A DNA stretch of 64,000 nt from Candidatus Multivorans thiocomprendens. GTDB taxonomy: Bacteria; Acidobacteriota; Thermoanaerobaculia; Multivoradales; Multivoraceae. A program made the position numbers and the translations under genes. The stretch covers positions 6,507 through 70,506 of the forward strand of contig JAPVWO010000059.1 of the NCBI GenBank assembly GCA_027493375.1, in the 5' to 3' direction. Below the pieces are notes generated by a model. It was not told the DNA's origin. It worked only from the letters and a program-made list of their open reading frames with translations, and did not search any database. This document shows, one piece after another, positions 27,637-36,754 of this stretch. The number at the start of each line of letters is the position of its first letter. Within the stretch, counting starts at the first letter, position 1.

Positions 27637-28398
27637 GTGGAGGCGCTGGTCGCGGACCGGCGGCCCGACCTCGTCGTCGTGTCGGGAGACCTGACCCAGC
27701 GGGCGAAACCTCGGCAGTTCCGGCAGGCGCGGCGGTTCCTGGAAGGTCTCGGGCCGCCGTTCCTGGCCGTACCGGGCAACCACGACGTTCCGATGTACCG
27801 GGTGTGGGAGCGTCTGCTCGACCGTTACGGCGCCTACCGTCGCCACTTCAGCCCCGACCTCGAGCCCAGCTTCCGGGACGCGGAACTGGAAGTCGTCGGG
27901 TTGAATACGGCGTTCAACCTGACGATAGAGGACGGGCGGTTCACGCCGCACCAACTGGCTGCGGTGAGGGAGCGCTTTCTTGGTGACGGCTCGACGGAAG
28001 GCGACGTGCCGAAGGTGCGGATCGCCGTCGCCCACCATCCCCTGGCGGCTCTGCCCGAGCTGATGGGCTGGCGGACGGCGCGCCGGAGCGGCGAGGCCCT
28101 GACGGCGTTTGCCGCGGCCGGCGTCGACCTGGTGCTGGCCGGGCATGTCCACGTAGCGGCCGTGGGTCCGGCGCCGGACCGCGGCAGGAGGCTGTGGCTG
28201 GTGCACAGCGGTACGTCCACTTCAAGGCGCGGCCGGGGCACGGAACGAGGACGGAACACCTGCAACCTGATCACCCTGGATACGGGGCCCCAAGACGCGG
28301 GGTGCTTGCGCCGGTCGGCGACGGTCGAGCAGATGCTCTGGTCGGAGCAGGCCGAGCGCTTCGAGGTGGAAGCGGTTCACGACTGCGCACTGGCATGA
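27637..28398 (+). CDS. Calcineurin-like metallophosphoesterase (true N-terminus lies upstream, see findings)
   Basis: VVVSGDLTQ...AVPGNHD...GHVHV motifs; the conserved LLHLSDIHFG motif I lies in frame upstream at about 27568-27600. Confidence 0.8.
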   Translation: MEALVADRRPDLVVVSGDLTQRAKPRQFRQARRFLEGLGPPFLAVPGNHDVPMYRVWERLLDRYGAYRRHFSPDLEPSFRDAELEVVGLNTAFNLTIEDGRFTPHQLAAVRERFLGDGSTEGDVPKVRIAVAHHPLAALPELMGWRTARRSGEALTAFAAAGVDLVLAGHVHVAAVGPAPDRGRRLWLVHSGTSTSRRGRGTERGRNTCNLITLDTGPQDAGCLRRSATVEQMLWSEQAERFEVEAVHDCALA

Positions 28399-29732
28399 CC
28401 ACGGTCGATCCGCGGGTGTTCGATCGCGTAGAGGGTCGGACCGAGACGCTGGACAACGGCCTGCGCGTGGTGCTCCTGCCGCGGGACGGGGCCGAGTCGA
28501 TCGTCGTTGCTCTCTGCTACCGCGCCGGCAGCCGGGACGAGGAGCTTGACGAGTCCGGTCTGGCCCACTTCCTGGAGCACATGATGTTCAAGGGCTCGGC
28601 GGCCTACGGGCCGGGCGCGATCGACCGTCTGACTCAGCGCCTGGGCGGCACGAACAACGCGTTCACGTCCCACGACGCAACCCTCTACCACTTCCAGTTC
28701 GAGCGCGGATCGTGGCGGGAGGCGCTCCGGATCGAGTCCGACCGGATGCGGGGCCTGAGCCTGCTGCCGGAGGAGGTGGACAGCGAGCGCGAGGTGATCC
28801 TCGAGGAGATCCGGATGGTCGAGGACGATCCCTGGGACGGGCTGGAGCAGGCGGTGGCCCGGCGCGTGTTCGGCGGCCATCCCTACGGGCGATCCGTGCT
28901 CGGCACGAGGGAGAGCCTGCGCTCGCTGGACGCCGGGGCGCTCCGCTCGTTTCATGACCGGCACTATCGGCCGGGTCGTGCGGTCCTGGTCTGCGCCGGC
29001 GGCTTGCCCCCGGACGCGATGGAGCTTGTCGAGGCGGCGCTGGGAGGCGAGGCGCCAGTCACGAAGGAGCCGACCTCCGACCGGCGCATTTCCCGGCCGC
29101 CTGCGGCGGCAGCCGGCGGAGGCGCCGGCGCACCCAGTGGGTCAAGCCGCGCGGGCCTCGGGCCGCCGGTCTTCGACCCCGCCGCCGGCAGGCGCGTCGA
29201 ACTCGAAGGGGGCGAAACGTCCCGGCTGCTGGTCGCCCATCCGGCGCCGGCGCCCGACGACCCGGCCCATGTCCATCTCCGGCTGGCGCTGGCCGTCCTC
29301 TGCAGTGGGCGCTCCAGCCGGATCCAGCGCGAACTCGTGGAAGAGAACCCTCTGGCGCTCTGGGCCTCGGCAGCCGTAACCGGTCACCGGCTCGGGGGCA
29401 TGGCGGTCTTCTCCGCCGAGGCGGCGGCCGGGGCCGATCCGGCGCGCCTGGAGGAAGAGCTGTGTTCGCGGGTCGACCGCGTCGCGGTACGTCCGCCGGA
29501 CGGGGAAGAACTCGAGCGGGCGAAGCGGATCCTGTTCGTGGACTGGGTCTTCCTGCACGAAGCGATCGCCGAACGGGCGGTGACGGCCGCGCTCGAGCAG
29601 GCTCTGTTCCGACCGGGCTTCAGCCGCGATTCGTTCGAGGCGTTGTCCGCCGCGACCGCATCCGACGTCGCCGCGGCCTGCGCCGCCCTGCTGTCCGGGG
29701 AAACGCGGGTCGTCGGCTGGTCTCGCCCGTGA
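28395..29732 (+). CDS. M16-family zinc peptidase (pitrilysin-like, active-type HxxEH)
   Basis: GLAHFLEHMMFKG inverted zinc motif; ATGA overlap with the upstream gene. Confidence 0.85.
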   Translation: MTTVDPRVFDRVEGRTETLDNGLRVVLLPRDGAESIVVALCYRAGSRDEELDESGLAHFLEHMMFKGSAAYGPGAIDRLTQRLGGTNNAFTSHDATLYHFQFERGSWREALRIESDRMRGLSLLPEEVDSEREVILEEIRMVEDDPWDGLEQAVARRVFGGHPYGRSVLGTRESLRSLDAGALRSFHDRHYRPGRAVLVCAGGLPPDAMELVEAALGGEAPVTKEPTSDRRISRPPAAAAGGGAGAPSGSSRAGLGPPVFDPAAGRRVELEGGETSRLLVAHPAPAPDDPAHVHLRLALAVLCSGRSSRIQRELVEENPLALWASAAVTGHRLGGMAVFSAEAAAGADPARLEEELCSRVDRVAVRPPDGEELERAKRILFVDWVFLHEAIAERAVTAALEQALFRPGFSRDSFEALSAATASDVAAACAALLSGETRVVGWSRP

Positions 29733-31000
29733 CCGATCGCGAGCCGCTGCGTCTCGACCTGTGGTCGGGCCGGCTGCGCCTGACCGCCATGCGCGTGCCG
29801 GACTCCGGCGTCGTGGCGGCCCGAGCCTGGCTTCGCGGCGGCGCCCGCGTCGATCCGTCGCCCGGGCTGGCGCTTCTCTGCGGCCGCATGCTGGTCGAGG
29901 GCAGCGCCCGCCGAACCTGGCGCGAAATCGCCGAACAGGCCGAAGCGCGCGGCGTGTCCCTGAACGGCTTGGCGAGCGCCGAGGTCCACGGCCTCTCGGT
30001 CGACGCGCTGGCCGACGACGGGGATCTGGCGCTCGAGTGGCTGGCCGAGCTGATGCTCGAACCCGGTTTCGACCGGGCGCGCTTCGAGCTGCTGCGCGAC
30101 CAGACCCTGGGTGAGCTTCTCAGTCTCGCGGATCGCCCCGAAGTCGTGACCGGCTGGGCCTTCCGGGATCAGCTCTACCGCCCGCATCCGCTCGCGTCGC
30201 CGAGTCAGGGTACGAGCGAGTCGCTGGCCGCGCTGACGCCGGAGGCCTGCAAGCGGTTTCACGGCGATGCCCTGGCGCGGGGCGGCGTGGTCGCGGTGGC
30301 GGGCGACATCGACGAGGACGCGGTGCTGGCGGACCTGGAGCGTCTTTTCGGAGGCTCACCTGCAGACGCCATCCGTACCGTCGACCCGCCGGCGCCGCGC
30401 GGCCGGAGGAAGAAGCGGATCGAGATCGTCACCGGGTCCCGAGAGCAGGCGCACGTGTACGCGGGACACTTCACGGTCGAACGGCGGCATCCCGACTTGC
30501 CCGAGCTGCGGGCGCTCGGGATCCTGCTCGGCTCGGACGGTATGGCCGGCCTGATTCCGAATCGGATCCGCGAACAGGAGGGTCTCGCCTACGCGACCCA
30601 CGTCGATCTCCTGGCTGGGGCCGGCACGGATCCCGGCGCCCTTTCCGTCTACCTCGGCACGCACCCCGACCGCGTCGCCCGCGCCCTCGAACTGGTACGG
30701 GATTCCCTGCGACACGTCCTGGAGCGACCGCCCGAGGCGGCGGTTCTCGAGGAGTGCAAGACGGGCATGTTCGGCCGTGAGCCCTTCGTTGCCGAGACCG
30801 CCGGCCAGTGGGCCGGCCTGCTGGTCGACGCGCTGCTGTTCGACCTCCCCAGCTACCGGCGGAGCTTCCGGCTCGAACGGATCGAGCGGCTCACTCCCCG
30901 TGGCGTTTTCGAGGCCGCTCGACGGCACATCGACCCGGATCGGATGCGGGTGACCGTCGGGCTCCCCGAAGGGAACGGCGGGGAGGGGTCGCCGGGGTGA
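29729..31000 (+). CDS. M16-family peptidase, non-catalytic partner subunit
   Basis: M16 fold signatures without HxxEH; GTGA overlap with the upstream M16 gene. Confidence 0.8.
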   Translation: MTDREPLRLDLWSGRLRLTAMRVPDSGVVAARAWLRGGARVDPSPGLALLCGRMLVEGSARRTWREIAEQAEARGVSLNGLASAEVHGLSVDALADDGDLALEWLAELMLEPGFDRARFELLRDQTLGELLSLADRPEVVTGWAFRDQLYRPHPLASPSQGTSESLAALTPEACKRFHGDALARGGVVAVAGDIDEDAVLADLERLFGGSPADAIRTVDPPAPRGRRKKRIEIVTGSREQAHVYAGHFTVERRHPDLPELRALGILLGSDGMAGLIPNRIREQEGLAYATHVDLLAGAGTDPGALSVYLGTHPDRVARALELVRDSLRHVLERPPEAAVLEECKTGMFGREPFVAETAGQWAGLLVDALLFDLPSYRRSFRLERIERLTPRGVFEAARRHIDPDRMRVTVGLPEGNGGEGSPG

Positions 31001-31029
31001 GAGCGGCGCCTGCCCGCACGGCGTCACGC

Positions 31030-31110
31030 GCTCGGTCTCTCCGGGTAGAGTCCGTCGACGGCGAGTTGCCGAGGGGCGATCTACGGGGACGGGACAGGCG
31101 AGCTTTGGCT
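31030..31110 (+). ncRNA. Candidate glycine riboswitch aptamer (weak)
   Basis: GGGTAGAGTCC...GCCGAGGGGCGA...GGGACGGGACAGG resembles the GGAGAG / GCCGAAGGGGCAA / AAGGACAG elements, immediately upstream of gcvT. Confidence 0.25.
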
Positions 31111-31113
31111 GAG

Positions 31114-32226
31114 GTGCAACGGACGGTCCTGTACAGGCGTCACGTCGAGTCGGGAGCCCGCTTCGGGCCCTTCGCCGGCTACGAGATGCCGATCCAGTAC
31201 GAGGGAGTGCTGGCGGAGCACCGCGCGGTGCGTGAGCGTGCCGGGATGTTCGACGTTTCCCACATGGGGGAGATCCGGGTGCGTGGACCGAGGGCCCTGC
31301 CTCTCCTCCAGCGGCTGACGCCGAACGACGTCGGCGCGCTCCATCCGTTGCGCGCCCAGTACAGTGCGCTCCTGACCGAGCGGGGCACCTTCATCGACGA
31401 TCTGCTCGTCTACTGTCTCGACCCGGAGGACTACCTGCTCGTGGTCAACGCCGCCTCGCGGGCGCGCGACCTGGAACTGCTCGAGACGGCGGCAGCGGCG
31501 GAGGGCCATGGCGTCCAGGTCGACGACCAGAGCGACGAGACCGCCCTGATCGCCGTCCAGGGGCCGCGGGCGGCGGAGATCGTGGCGGACGTCGTGGGCG
31601 GAGAAGCCGCCGAGCTCCGGTACTACTCGTTCCTCCACCAGGACGGGGCGAACAGGATGACTTCGCGCACGGGCTACACCGGCGAGGACGGCTTCGAGAT
31701 CTACCTCCCTTCCGAGCGGGCGGAAGACCTGTGGGCGGAGTTCCTGGAGCGGGGCCGCGATGTCGGCCTGGCGCCGGCCGGTCTGGGCGCGAGAGACACG
31801 CTGCGGCTGGAGGCCGGGATGATGCTCTGCGGCCAGGACATCGGCGAGGAGACGACGCCCCTTGAGGCCGGGCTGTCCTGGATCGTCAAGTGGAAGAAGG
31901 GCGACTTCACAGGCCGCGACGCCCTGGCCCGCCAGCGGGAGAAGGGTTGCCGCCACCGGCTGGTCGGCTTCGAGGTGGAGGGCCGCGGCATCGCCCGGCA
32001 CGGCCACCGGCTGACGGTCCGCGATGCTCCCGGCGCCGCAGGCCCGGTGACCAGCGGCGCCTTCGCACCCACGCTGGGGCGGGCGATCGGCATCGCCCGG
32101 CTGGATTGCAGTAGCGGCGGGCCGCCCGCGCCCGACAGCGCGGCTTCGGTTACGGTTCGCGGCCGGGAGATCGACTGCCGTATCGTCAAACTACCCTTCT
32201 ACAGGCGCCCCAAGGCGGGCGCCTGA
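31114..32226 (+). CDS. gcvT: Glycine cleavage system T protein (aminomethyltransferase)
   Basis: GTG start; LYRRHVESGARFGPFAGYEMPIQY N-terminus. Confidence 0.9.
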   Translation: MQRTVLYRRHVESGARFGPFAGYEMPIQYEGVLAEHRAVRERAGMFDVSHMGEIRVRGPRALPLLQRLTPNDVGALHPLRAQYSALLTERGTFIDDLLVYCLDPEDYLLVVNAASRARDLELLETAAAAEGHGVQVDDQSDETALIAVQGPRAAEIVADVVGGEAAELRYYSFLHQDGANRMTSRTGYTGEDGFEIYLPSERAEDLWAEFLERGRDVGLAPAGLGARDTLRLEAGMMLCGQDIGEETTPLEAGLSWIVKWKKGDFTGRDALARQREKGCRHRLVGFEVEGRGIARHGHRLTVRDAPGAAGPVTSGAFAPTLGRAIGIARLDCSSGGPPAPDSAASVTVRGREIDCRIVKLPFYRRPKAGA

Positions 32227-32243
32227 GTTCATGTGAGGTTCCG

Positions 32244-32621
32244 ATGATTCCCGACGACCGCCTCTACACGGAGCAGCACGAGTGGCTCAAGGTCGAGGAC
32301 GGCGAGGCCGTGCTCGGCATCACGGACTTCGCCCAGCAGGAACTGGGCGACGTCGTGTTCGTCGAACTGCCGGCGCCGGGACAGGAGTTCGCGGCCGGAT
32401 CCGAAATCGGCGCGATCGAATCGGTCAAGGCGGTGGCGGAGATCTACACGCCCGTGGCGGGCTCGATCGAGGCCGTGAACGATGGACTCGAGGACGCTCC
32501 GGAAGTGGTCAACGAGGATCCCTACGGCGAGGGTTGGCTGGTGCGCCTCCGACTTCGGGAGGAAGGACCGCCGAACGACCTGATGACGGCCGCCGCGTAC
32601 GAGGCGCAGTTGGCGGGCTGA
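32244..32621 (+). CDS. gcvH: Glycine cleavage system H protein
   Basis: Lipoyl-lysine motif ESVKA; 125 aa. Confidence 0.9.
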   Translation: MIPDDRLYTEQHEWLKVEDGEAVLGITDFAQQELGDVVFVELPAPGQEFAAGSEIGAIESVKAVAEIYTPVAGSIEAVNDGLEDAPEVVNEDPYGEGWLVRLRLREEGPPNDLMTAAAYEAQLAG

Positions 32622-32636
32622 TTCGGACGCGCTGCG

Positions 32637-33083
32637 ATGAAGGGCCTGGAGACCGTCATCCTGTCGTCGAGCCTGGCGGCGTGGTCGGTCGGCATCCTGG
32701 CCCAGATCGGCATTCTGCGGTGGAACCTGACGTTCGAGCTGGAGCTCTACCCTCTCTACATCCTGGCCGCGTTCACCGGCTGGTTCTTCGGCAACGTCTA
32801 CGTTCACCGTTCGGGCCGCGAACGCCGCTTCGCGGGCCGGGCTCTGGACGAGGTCATTCTCCAGGTGGCCCGCACCCGGCTCCTGTTCGTGCTCTACCTG
32901 TTCGGGCCGCCCGGCTGGCTGTACCTGGTTCGTTCCATGGGCCGGAGGGAACAGCTCCAGGAGATGCCGTTGGTGCCGATCCTCACCTTCGGGGTGTACG
33001 CGGCGCTGTTCGCGGTGCCCGTCCTGCTGCGGGGCACGGCCGCCCAGCGGCGGAAGCTCGAGCTGGGCGGAGGCGATGACTAG
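32637..33083 (+). CDS. Hypothetical multi-pass membrane protein
   Basis: Four predicted transmembrane helices. Confidence 0.45.
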   Translation: MKGLETVILSSSLAAWSVGILAQIGILRWNLTFELELYPLYILAAFTGWFFGNVYVHRSGRERRFAGRALDEVILQVARTRLLFVLYLFGPPGWLYLVRSMGRREQLQEMPLVPILTFGVYAALFAVPVLLRGTAAQRRKLELGGGDD

Positions 33084-33954
33084 GAGCGGCGACGCCGGGC
33101 GGAGGCGCCACGATGCCGGGCGGGATGCCTGGCCGTTCGAAGGCGGCGAGGCTTCGCCGCGGGCGGCCGAGATGCTCGCGCGGAGGATCGAGGACGACCT
33201 GAGGCGGCGCGGCCCGGTGCTGGTCGCCTTCTCGGGCGGGGTCGACTCCGGGCTGGTGGCGGCCCTGGCCCAGCGCGTCCTGGGCGACCGGGCGCTGGCG
33301 GTGACGGCGGCGGCCGAGACCCTCGCCGGCTCGGAACTCGATCACGCGCGCAGGCTGGCGGCCGAGATCGGCATCCGCCATCAGGTGACCACCTACAGCG
33401 AACTGGACGAGCCCGAGTTCCGGGCCAACCCCCGTCACCGTTGCTACGTGTGCCAGGGCCTGCGCATGGACCGCATGGTGGAACTGGCGGATTCCGGGGG
33501 CTTCGCCACCGTCTGCGACGGCACGAACGCCTCGGATCCGGGCCCGGACCGTCCGGGCCTGCGGGCCGTGCGCGAGCGAGGGGTCTACAGCCCGTTGCTG
33601 GAGCACGGCGTGACGAAGGCGGATGCCCGCGGGCTGGCGCGGGCGCTTGGTCTCACGGTCTGGGACCGGCCGGCGAATGCCTGCCTGTCTTCGCGGATAC
33701 CTCACGGCCAGCTCGTCACGCTGCCCAAGCTCCGGCGCATCGAGGACGCCGAGGCGGAACTCCAGGGCCGCGGCTTCCGCGTCCTGAGAGTTCGTCACGA
33801 CGGCGACTCGGCGCGGGTCGAGGTGGGGAAGGGCGAACTGCCGGCAGCCGAGAGGCAGTGGAGCGAGATCGAGGCGCGTCTGCTCGAGCTCGGTTTCGAG
33901 GGAGCGGCGCTCGACCGGCGCGGCTATCGAACCGGCGGCGCGGACGCTGCCTGA
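33076..33954 (+). CDS. larE: PP-loop ATP pyrophosphatase, LarE-like (nickel-pincer cofactor sulfur insertion)
   Basis: AFSGGVDSGLVAALA PP-loop; TIGR00268-like layout. Confidence 0.65.
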   Translation: MTRSGDAGRRRHDAGRDAWPFEGGEASPRAAEMLARRIEDDLRRRGPVLVAFSGGVDSGLVAALAQRVLGDRALAVTAAAETLAGSELDHARRLAAEIGIRHQVTTYSELDEPEFRANPRHRCYVCQGLRMDRMVELADSGGFATVCDGTNASDPGPDRPGLRAVRERGVYSPLLEHGVTKADARGLARALGLTVWDRPANACLSSRIPHGQLVTLPKLRRIEDAEAELQGRGFRVLRVRHDGDSARVEVGKGELPAAERQWSEIEARLLELGFEGAALDRRGYRTGGADAA

Positions 33955-33966
33955 TCCGGCGTCTCA

Positions 33967-34725
33967 ATGAAACGGGAGCGACTCCTCGAGCTGCTGCGGG
34001 CCGTAGCCGCCGGCGAAGTCTCCCCAGAGGCCGCGCACGAACGCGTGGCGCGTTTGCCCTACCTGGACGTGGGCGCCGCCAGGCTCGATCTCGATCGGGA
34101 ACTCCGGACCGGCCTGCCCGAGGTCGTCTTCGCTCAGGGCAAGAGCGACGACGAGCTGGTTCGGATCGTTGAAGCGATGATGGCGGACGCGGGCCGGGTG
34201 CTGGTCACGCGGGTGGCGCCGGCTGCCGGCGAACTTCTGAGCGCGGCGATTGCCGGCGGCCGCTTCGAGCCCCGGGCGGGGGTGTGGAGCGCCGGCCGCC
34301 TGGGGCCGCCGTCCGGGCGAAGGGTCGCCGTGCTGAGCGCCGGAACGTCGGACTTTCCGGTGGCGGAGGAGGCCGCGTCGTGTACCGAATGGCTGGGGCA
34401 CGAAGTCGAGCGGATCCGGGATGTCGGCGTCGCCGGCATCCAGCGCGCGCTCGACTCGATCGATCCCCTCCGCCGGGCCGATGTGGCCGTCGTCGTGGCG
34501 GGAATGGACGGCGCCCTGCCGACGGTGGTCGCCGGCCTGGTGTCCTGTCCGGTCGTCGCGGTGCCGACCAGCGTCGGCTACGGCGCGAGCTTCGAGGGGC
34601 TCGCGCCGTTGCTGACCATGCTGACGGCCTGCGCCCCGGGCATCGCCGTCGTCAACATCGACAACGGGTTCGGCGCGGCGGCGCTGACTCACCGCATTCT
34701 GTCGACCAGCATCGCGTCGCCGTAG
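33967..34725 (+). CDS. larB: PurE-like pyridinium-3,5-biscarboxylic acid mononucleotide synthase, LarB-like
   Basis: VAVLSAGTSDFPVAEEA...DVGVAG...AVPTSVGYG PurE-like core with an N-terminal extension. Confidence 0.65.
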   Translation: MKRERLLELLRAVAAGEVSPEAAHERVARLPYLDVGAARLDLDRELRTGLPEVVFAQGKSDDELVRIVEAMMADAGRVLVTRVAPAAGELLSAAIAGGRFEPRAGVWSAGRLGPPSGRRVAVLSAGTSDFPVAEEAASCTEWLGHEVERIRDVGVAGIQRALDSIDPLRRADVAVVVAGMDGALPTVVAGLVSCPVVAVPTSVGYGASFEGLAPLLTMLTACAPGIAVVNIDNGFGAAALTHRILSTSIASP

Positions 34726-35717
34726 GAATAGAAGCGAAAGCCGCTCCCGGCCGCCTGGCGGTAGGCGTCGAGGACGCGGTTCCGGCCGGCGAACGCGCAG
34801 ACCAGCATGAGCAGCGTCGACCGGGGCAGGTGGAAGTTCGTGATCAACCGGTCGACGACGCGGAACTCGTAGCCCGGACGGATGTAGAGCCCGGTCCGGC
34901 CGGCGCCGGCGGCGACCAGTCCATCCTCCGACGCCGCGGTCTCGAGAGAACGGACGACGGTCGTGCCGACGGCCACCACCCGGCGCCCGCTTCGGCGGGC
35001 GGCGGCGACCGCCCCGGCGGTTGCCTCCGGGATCTCGAAGCGCTCGGAGTCCATGACGTGCGCTTCCGGGTTCTCCGCCTTGACCGGCCGGAAGGTGCCC
35101 GGTCCGACGTGAAGCGTGAGGCTAGTCCGCCGGACCCCCCGCCGTTCGAGCGCCTCGAGGAGCGCGGGGGTGAAGTGGAGGCCGGCCGTTGGCGCCGCGA
35201 CCGCGCCCGGCCGCGCCGCGTAGACCGTCTGGTAGCGCTCCCGGTCCCGCGGCTCGACCGGCCGGTCGATGTACGGCGGCAGGGGCGGCTCGCCGATCTT
35301 CTCCAGGAGCGGTTCGATCGGATGCTCGAAGGCCAGCCGGAAGCGTCCGTCGGCGCGTTCCTCGACCCGTGCCGCCGGCCCGCGCTCGACCTCGATGGTT
35401 GCGCCTGGGACCATGCGCCGGCCGGGGCGGAGCATGCACCACCAGGAGGCGGGACCGTCCCGCTCGACCAGCAGGATCTCCACCGCGCCGCCGGTCGGTC
35501 GCCGGGCCCGCAGCCGGGCCGGGATGACACGGGTGTCGTTGACGACGAGCAGGTCGCCGGGATCGAGCAGGTCCGGCAGCTCGCCGAAACGCCGTTCCCC
35601 GGTGGTCCGGCCGAGCACCAGCAGGCGGCTCTCGCCGCGTTCTCCGGGGTGCTGGGCGATCGCTTCCTGAGGCAGGTGGTAGTCGAAGTCCGAGGTCCGG
35701 AGCCCGCTGCCGGTCAT
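34689..35717 (-). CDS. queA: S-adenosylmethionine:tRNA ribosyltransferase-isomerase
   Basis: FDYHLPQEAIAQ...GTTVVRSLE...ITNFHLPRSTLLMLV. Confidence 0.9.
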   Translation of the reverse strand: MTGSGLRTSDFDYHLPQEAIAQHPGERGESRLLVLGRTTGERRFGELPDLLDPGDLLVVNDTRVIPARLRARRPTGGAVEILLVERDGPASWWCMLRPGRRMVPGATIEVERGPAARVEERADGRFRLAFEHPIEPLLEKIGEPPLPPYIDRPVEPRDRERYQTVYAARPGAVAAPTAGLHFTPALLEALERRGVRRTSLTLHVGPGTFRPVKAENPEAHVMDSERFEIPEATAGAVAAARRSGRRVVAVGTTVVRSLETAASEDGLVAAGAGRTGLYIRPGYEFRVVDRLITNFHLPRSTLLMLVCAFAGRNRVLDAYRQAAGSGFRFYSYGDAMLVDRMR

Positions 35718-36754
35718 GCTTCGCCGAGCCAGGTGCGGATCGCCCACGGTGAGCGCCGGCGCGTCTCGCGGCCGCCGGCCCCCAGCCTGGCAAGACGGTC
35801 GCTCAGGCCGTCGGCGAGCAGGCTCGAGCCGAGCACGGCGGCCGCGACCATCAGGCCGGGGAAGGCGGCGATCCACCATGCCGTGGTCAGGTGGCTCTGG
35901 CCGTCCGCGATCATCGAACCCCAACTCGGCTGCGGCGGCTGGACGCCGAGCCCCAGGAAAGAGAGCGCCGATTCGACCAGAATGCAGGCCCCCACCCGCA
36001 GACTGGCGTCTACCAGCAGGGGCGTCGTCGCGTTCGGCAGCAGATGGCGGATGAGCACGCCCGCTGGTGAGCGTCCGGCGGCGGCGGCGGCGAGCGCGAA
36101 CCGTTCCTGCTTCAGCCGCAGCAGTTCGGCCCGGACCAGGCGCGCGAGACCCATCCAGCCCGTGCCGCCGATCAGCAGCACCAGGAGCGTGGTGTCCGGC
36201 CGGTAGAGCGCCGCCAGCAGGAGCACCAGGGCCAAGTGGGGGAAGCAGAGCAGGCCGTCCACCGTGCGCATCAGCGTCTGGTCGACGAAGCGGCCGCCGA
36301 CCGCGGCGCAGGAGCCGACCAGGGTGCCCGCGGTCAGCGCGAGGCCGGCGGCCAGCAGGCCGATGGTCAAGGACACGCGTGAGCCGTGGAGCAGGCGCGA
36401 AAGGACGTCGCGCCCCAGGGCGTCCGTGCCCAGCCAGTTCCTGCGCCGCTCGGCGATGCCCTCCTCGCGGTGGTTCGTCACGGAACCGAATGGAACGCGA
36501 AGCGAGCCCGAGCGTCGCTCGAGAACCAGGTCGGCGTCGTCGACCGTCACCCGTTCCGCCAGCAACGGCTCGGCGCCGAGCGTGCGGACGACGAGCAGGG
36601 AGGACAGGGGCGGCCGCCGGCTCGACTCGGCGGCGTCGAGCTGCTCCGCGGGGTCGTGTGGCGCAAGCAGGGGGGCGGCCGCCGCGAGCAAGGCCAGACC
36701 GCAGAGGATGCCGGCTCCGGTGCGGGCCGCCGGTGGCAGGGGAGACCGGCTCAT
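35714..36754 (-). CDS. Peptide/nickel ABC transporter permease (DppC/OppC-like)
   Basis: NWLGTDALGRDVLSRLLHGSRVSLTIG signature; ATGA overlaps at both ends. Confidence 0.85.
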   Translation of the reverse strand: MSRSPLPPAARTGAGILCGLALLAAAAPLLAPHDPAEQLDAAESSRRPPLSSLLVVRTLGAEPLLAERVTVDDADLVLERRSGSLRVPFGSVTNHREEGIAERRRNWLGTDALGRDVLSRLLHGSRVSLTIGLLAAGLALTAGTLVGSCAAVGGRFVDQTLMRTVDGLLCFPHLALVLLLAALYRPDTTLLVLLIGGTGWMGLARLVRAELLRLKQERFALAAAAAGRSPAGVLIRHLLPNATTPLLVDASLRVGACILVESALSFLGLGVQPPQPSWGSMIADGQSHLTTAWWIAAFPGLMVAAAVLGSSLLADGLSDRLARLGAGGRETRRRSPWAIRTWLGEA

